A stretch of 64,000 nt of DNA. Origin: Anthoceros angustus. Its lineage: Eukaryota > Plantae > Anthocerotophyta. Shown here piece after piece: positions 61,058-64,000 of the stretch. A model generated the notes under the pieces. It was not told the DNA's origin. It saw nothing but the letters and a program-made list of their open reading frames with translations, and did no database searches. Position 1 is the first letter of the stretch; the number at the start of each line of letters is the position of its first letter. Position numbers and translations under genes: made by a program. The stretch is from the NCBI GenBank assembly GCA_010909165.1, contig VJWM01000135.1:186001-250000 (forward strand), written 5' to 3'.

Positions 61058-61639
61058 GGCTGGTCCCAGTTGTCAGCTCCCAGACACACCTCTTCCTCCT
61101 GCTCTTTGCTGTTGCTGTTACTGTTGCCGCTGCTGCTATCTATTGATCCTTTCAATCCGGTGATGGAGTCGCTACGGCAACAGCAGCAGCCCTAGAAGGC
61201 GGCGAATCCAGATCACGCGGCCGCATTGGCCGAGCTCGCTGTAGCTTGAGGCTGCTGGCACTGCCAGCCTGCTTCTCCACGATGGCTTGATAAGAAGCTT
61301 CCTTGATGCACACAAAGTAACTTTGTACCATGGCGTAGTATGCATCTACATATAGGACGTAAGCGCGTGTCGGTGTCGGCAATGGGATTTGGATGACGCG
61401 TCTTTGGGGCACAAGATGGCAATGATTGACCGGATGACTCGCAGGTGGGCATCTTCATGTTATTGGTTTAATGGCTGTAACATAATAGAATTGCACCCTA
61501 GTGGACATAAATAAAGTTGTTGGTGCTGTTGTTGTTGGGAGTGCATGGGGTCGACTAGACAATGGTCGAAGGTTCGATCCACGTTCAATTCATACCATGA
61601 GAGTCTTGTCTCATTCCGGCGCGTTTTGAGATAACGCCC

Positions 61640-61885
61640 CGGGTGTAGGGGGTAACCTAATCTCGTTTCGAGTCTCAACTATGGACGGTTCTAGACGCGA
61701 TAGGTGTAGGGGGGTGACGCCCTAGGTGTAGGGGGTAACCTAATCGCCAATGTGTCGAGTCTCAACTATGAGCGGAGAGCGCGGAGGAAGAGATGCGGGG
61801 GGTGACGCGCTAGGTGTAGGGGGTAACCTAATCGCCAATGCCAATGTTTCGAGTCTCAACTATGAGCGGAGAGCTTGGAGGAAGG
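61640..61885. repeat. Three imperfect tandem copies of a roughly 60-90 bp unit
   Basis: ggtgtagggggtaacctaatc...tcgagtctcaactatg recurs at about 61642, 61724 and 61813. Confidence 0.85.
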
Positions 61886-61899
61886 TACTGCTCGCTTGT

Positions 61900-62720
61900 G
61901 GAGGAGGAATCTTTCGGGCCAGAATGTTGCCAATACGCGGGGTCCTAGCCCATGGCCCAAACGTTCACCAGGACGTTGTTTCGGCAGGAACGTGGTAGCC
62001 TCCGACGGTGGTGGCCTCGTTGGTGTAGTGGGGGACGAGGAAGGGCATAGTCGGACGGACCCGCATTGCCTCCTTCATTACGCTCTGCAGGTAGGGCAGA
62101 TTAGCGATGTCGGATTCTTGCAATTCTCTGTCATTGCCTACCACTTCCTGCCGCTCCTGCATGGCCTTCTCGCGCACGGTCGGATGCCGCAGTATCTCCG
62201 ACATGGCCCATTTTGTGGCGAGCGCCACTGTGTCGGATCCGCCTTCCAGCACGTCCTGCCATGAGCGCGCCAGAGAAAGAGGTTTTTCTCTGTCGTAAGG
62301 AATTTGGAGCCACAACGGGACCTTGCACAATTACCGCTTCCGCTTACTTGGATCTGTGAGTTGATGATCTCGTCGGTCATGTCCCCGCCACCTTCGAACG
62401 TGTCGACGTGGAGCAGCGCAGATACGAATCCCGGGATAAGGTTTCGGGATGCGCCTCCTGGAACTCCCGGTGTTCTTGGATGATTCTGGTGAAGATGATG
62501 TCCCTCCCGGCCTTGAGAAGGTACAAGTACTTGTCCAGAAAAGCGAGACATGAAATGGCGTCGCCAATGCCCTTCGTTCTAAGAATCTACATGGATTTGG
62601 CCACCATGTGAACCAACTCATGACCCTGCACCTCTCAAGGCTTGATCCGGCAAGCGGTGACGTAGCATGCTCAAAGTACTCCAGTCTCTTGGATTTTCTG
62701 CGCTTTATGTTTGGGCTGCC
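61900..62720 (-). pseudogene. Cytochrome P450 (CYP71-clan-like) pseudogene fragment
   Basis: I-helix LEGGSDTVALATKWAMSEILRHP, DIANLPYLQSVMKEAMRVRP (ExxR) and VGGYHVPAETT followed by a stop/frameshift. No intact PERF or FxxGxRxC heme motif; the upstream exon is frameshifted. Confidence 0.85.
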
Positions 62721-64000
62721 AAATTCCGGTAGATAACTTAGAATATTAGAGTACATTGAGTCTTCATGTGGAGTGTTAGAACCTTGAACAGTGGATAGCA
62801 AAGAGAAGAACTATGGTACACATCATGGATGACAACTTTACGTACACTCCATGAACACATGTATACTTGTTCTTTTGTTTTTAATTCAACAACTATGACA
62901 AGATCAAACTTGATATCGAATTGTTGGAGATATCCTGCAAATCCTTTTAGATCTCAATTGGTCTTGCCATCAAGACCTCTCAACCCCTAGATGTTGTGCT
63001 TGCAAAGTCCACAGACATATGTCAACCGTTATGACCTGGCTTATAAAATGCACTCGATTTTAATGTGTGCTCTTGTAAGTACCCATCAGACGTGCCCTGT
63101 CCATTGAACGTTCCTCGTGAGTTGGACATCATATAACACCCTGAAGGCAAAGATTTAATCTTAAACTTCTAATTCAGGCAAACCCTAGTACCATATTGCA
63201 ACACCTTCTTCTTCCTCAAAACATGCAACAAAGTTTTCTTTCAAACTCGTTGACTTGACCATCTTATCTAATAAGCTCTTATGACCTTTGGTTATGTACA
63301 TGATGGGCACTCACAATTAGAACCGCTTCTTTCTTTTTCGCTCATCATACACTCCACCATCTATGTTGGGACATACCATATATTAATTCCTTATTAAATA
63401 AATATTAATAAATATTTAAGTTTTAATTCAAGATCCTTAATCCATCTTTACTTAGGCTACTAATACTAGGATATAATTGTTACCCCTTATGAGATTAGTT
63501 TGTCAATATTGTTCTGTCCCTTTTAATGAAAATTTGTGAGCGTGTATTGTTATCCTAAAATATTAAAAATATGCGCTAAAGGTGGGCAATCAATATCAGG
63601 TGATCGAGATCAAATCTAGTTGTTGATACCATGTCACAAAACCTATCCAGATCAAGCCTATGTATCAAGACCATGAAAGCTGACTATATATGTTGTATTT
63701 CACTAAGTAAAATTATATATATCTACTCCATTGTAAGGTTTTTGTATTGTCTAGGTAGCTACTCCTTCTTGGAGAGGTATTTCTTGCCTTCTACTTCCTC
63801 TACAATTTTGTTTGTCAAACTAGAGTGTTGGGAGAGAGAGAGAGGTTGTTATGTTAAGTTTATTGCGATAGAGGTTGGAGGACCTATTGGAAACTACGGA
63901 TTTGGTGGCTGTCGAGAGAGAGAGAAAGGTACGAGAACCTGTGTGAAGCTATGGAGAGAGGTGTGATACAAATAGCGCAGGACCTGTGGGACGCCATTGA

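Noticed and set aside
59324-61195. 623-aa plus-strand ORF
   Set aside because: Antisense shadow of the GC-rich PLC coding sequence; no recognisable domain
62800-64000. Possible retroelement remnants at the right end
   Set aside because: AT-rich with only vague integrase-like fragments; too degraded to support a call

Overview
Gene-dense nuclear DNA from a seed-free land plant. A hornwort is my inference, based on short introns, a betaine-lipid synthase homolog and PLS-class PPR editing factors of the U-to-C 'GRP'-ending DYW:KP type and the 'WW' type. In order, the window holds: importin-9 (runs off the left edge), a stand-alone BtaB-like half of BTA1, a LysM protein, pyruvate decarboxylase, NF-YB, an AT-rich TE-remnant interval, PPR-DYW:KP, tRNA-Ser(AGA), a frameshifted GC-rich FAD monooxygenase, TE remnants, a GUB_WAK/WAK_assoc receptor kinase lacking the catalytic Asp, an IDM2/3-like alpha-crystallin protein, two small conserved proteins, a THO2 pseudogene fragment, LPAT2, YCF54, tRNA-Cys(GCA), UTP14, tandem repeats, a WW-type E+ PPR, sterol C5-desaturase, an intronless PI-PLC and a CYP450 pseudogene. 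The most striking observation is that both PPR editing-factor genes carry, upstream of their PPR arrays, a motif matching the C-terminal 'PDF' motif of organellar ssDNA-binding (OSB) proteins. It is intact in the DYW:KP protein and eroded in the WW protein. Other candidates are a split BTA1, an in-frame spliced ORF antisense to tRNA-Cys, a 6-nt NF-YB microexon and a duplicated terminal exon in the LysM gene. All family assignments come from motif recognition by eye; no database search was run.
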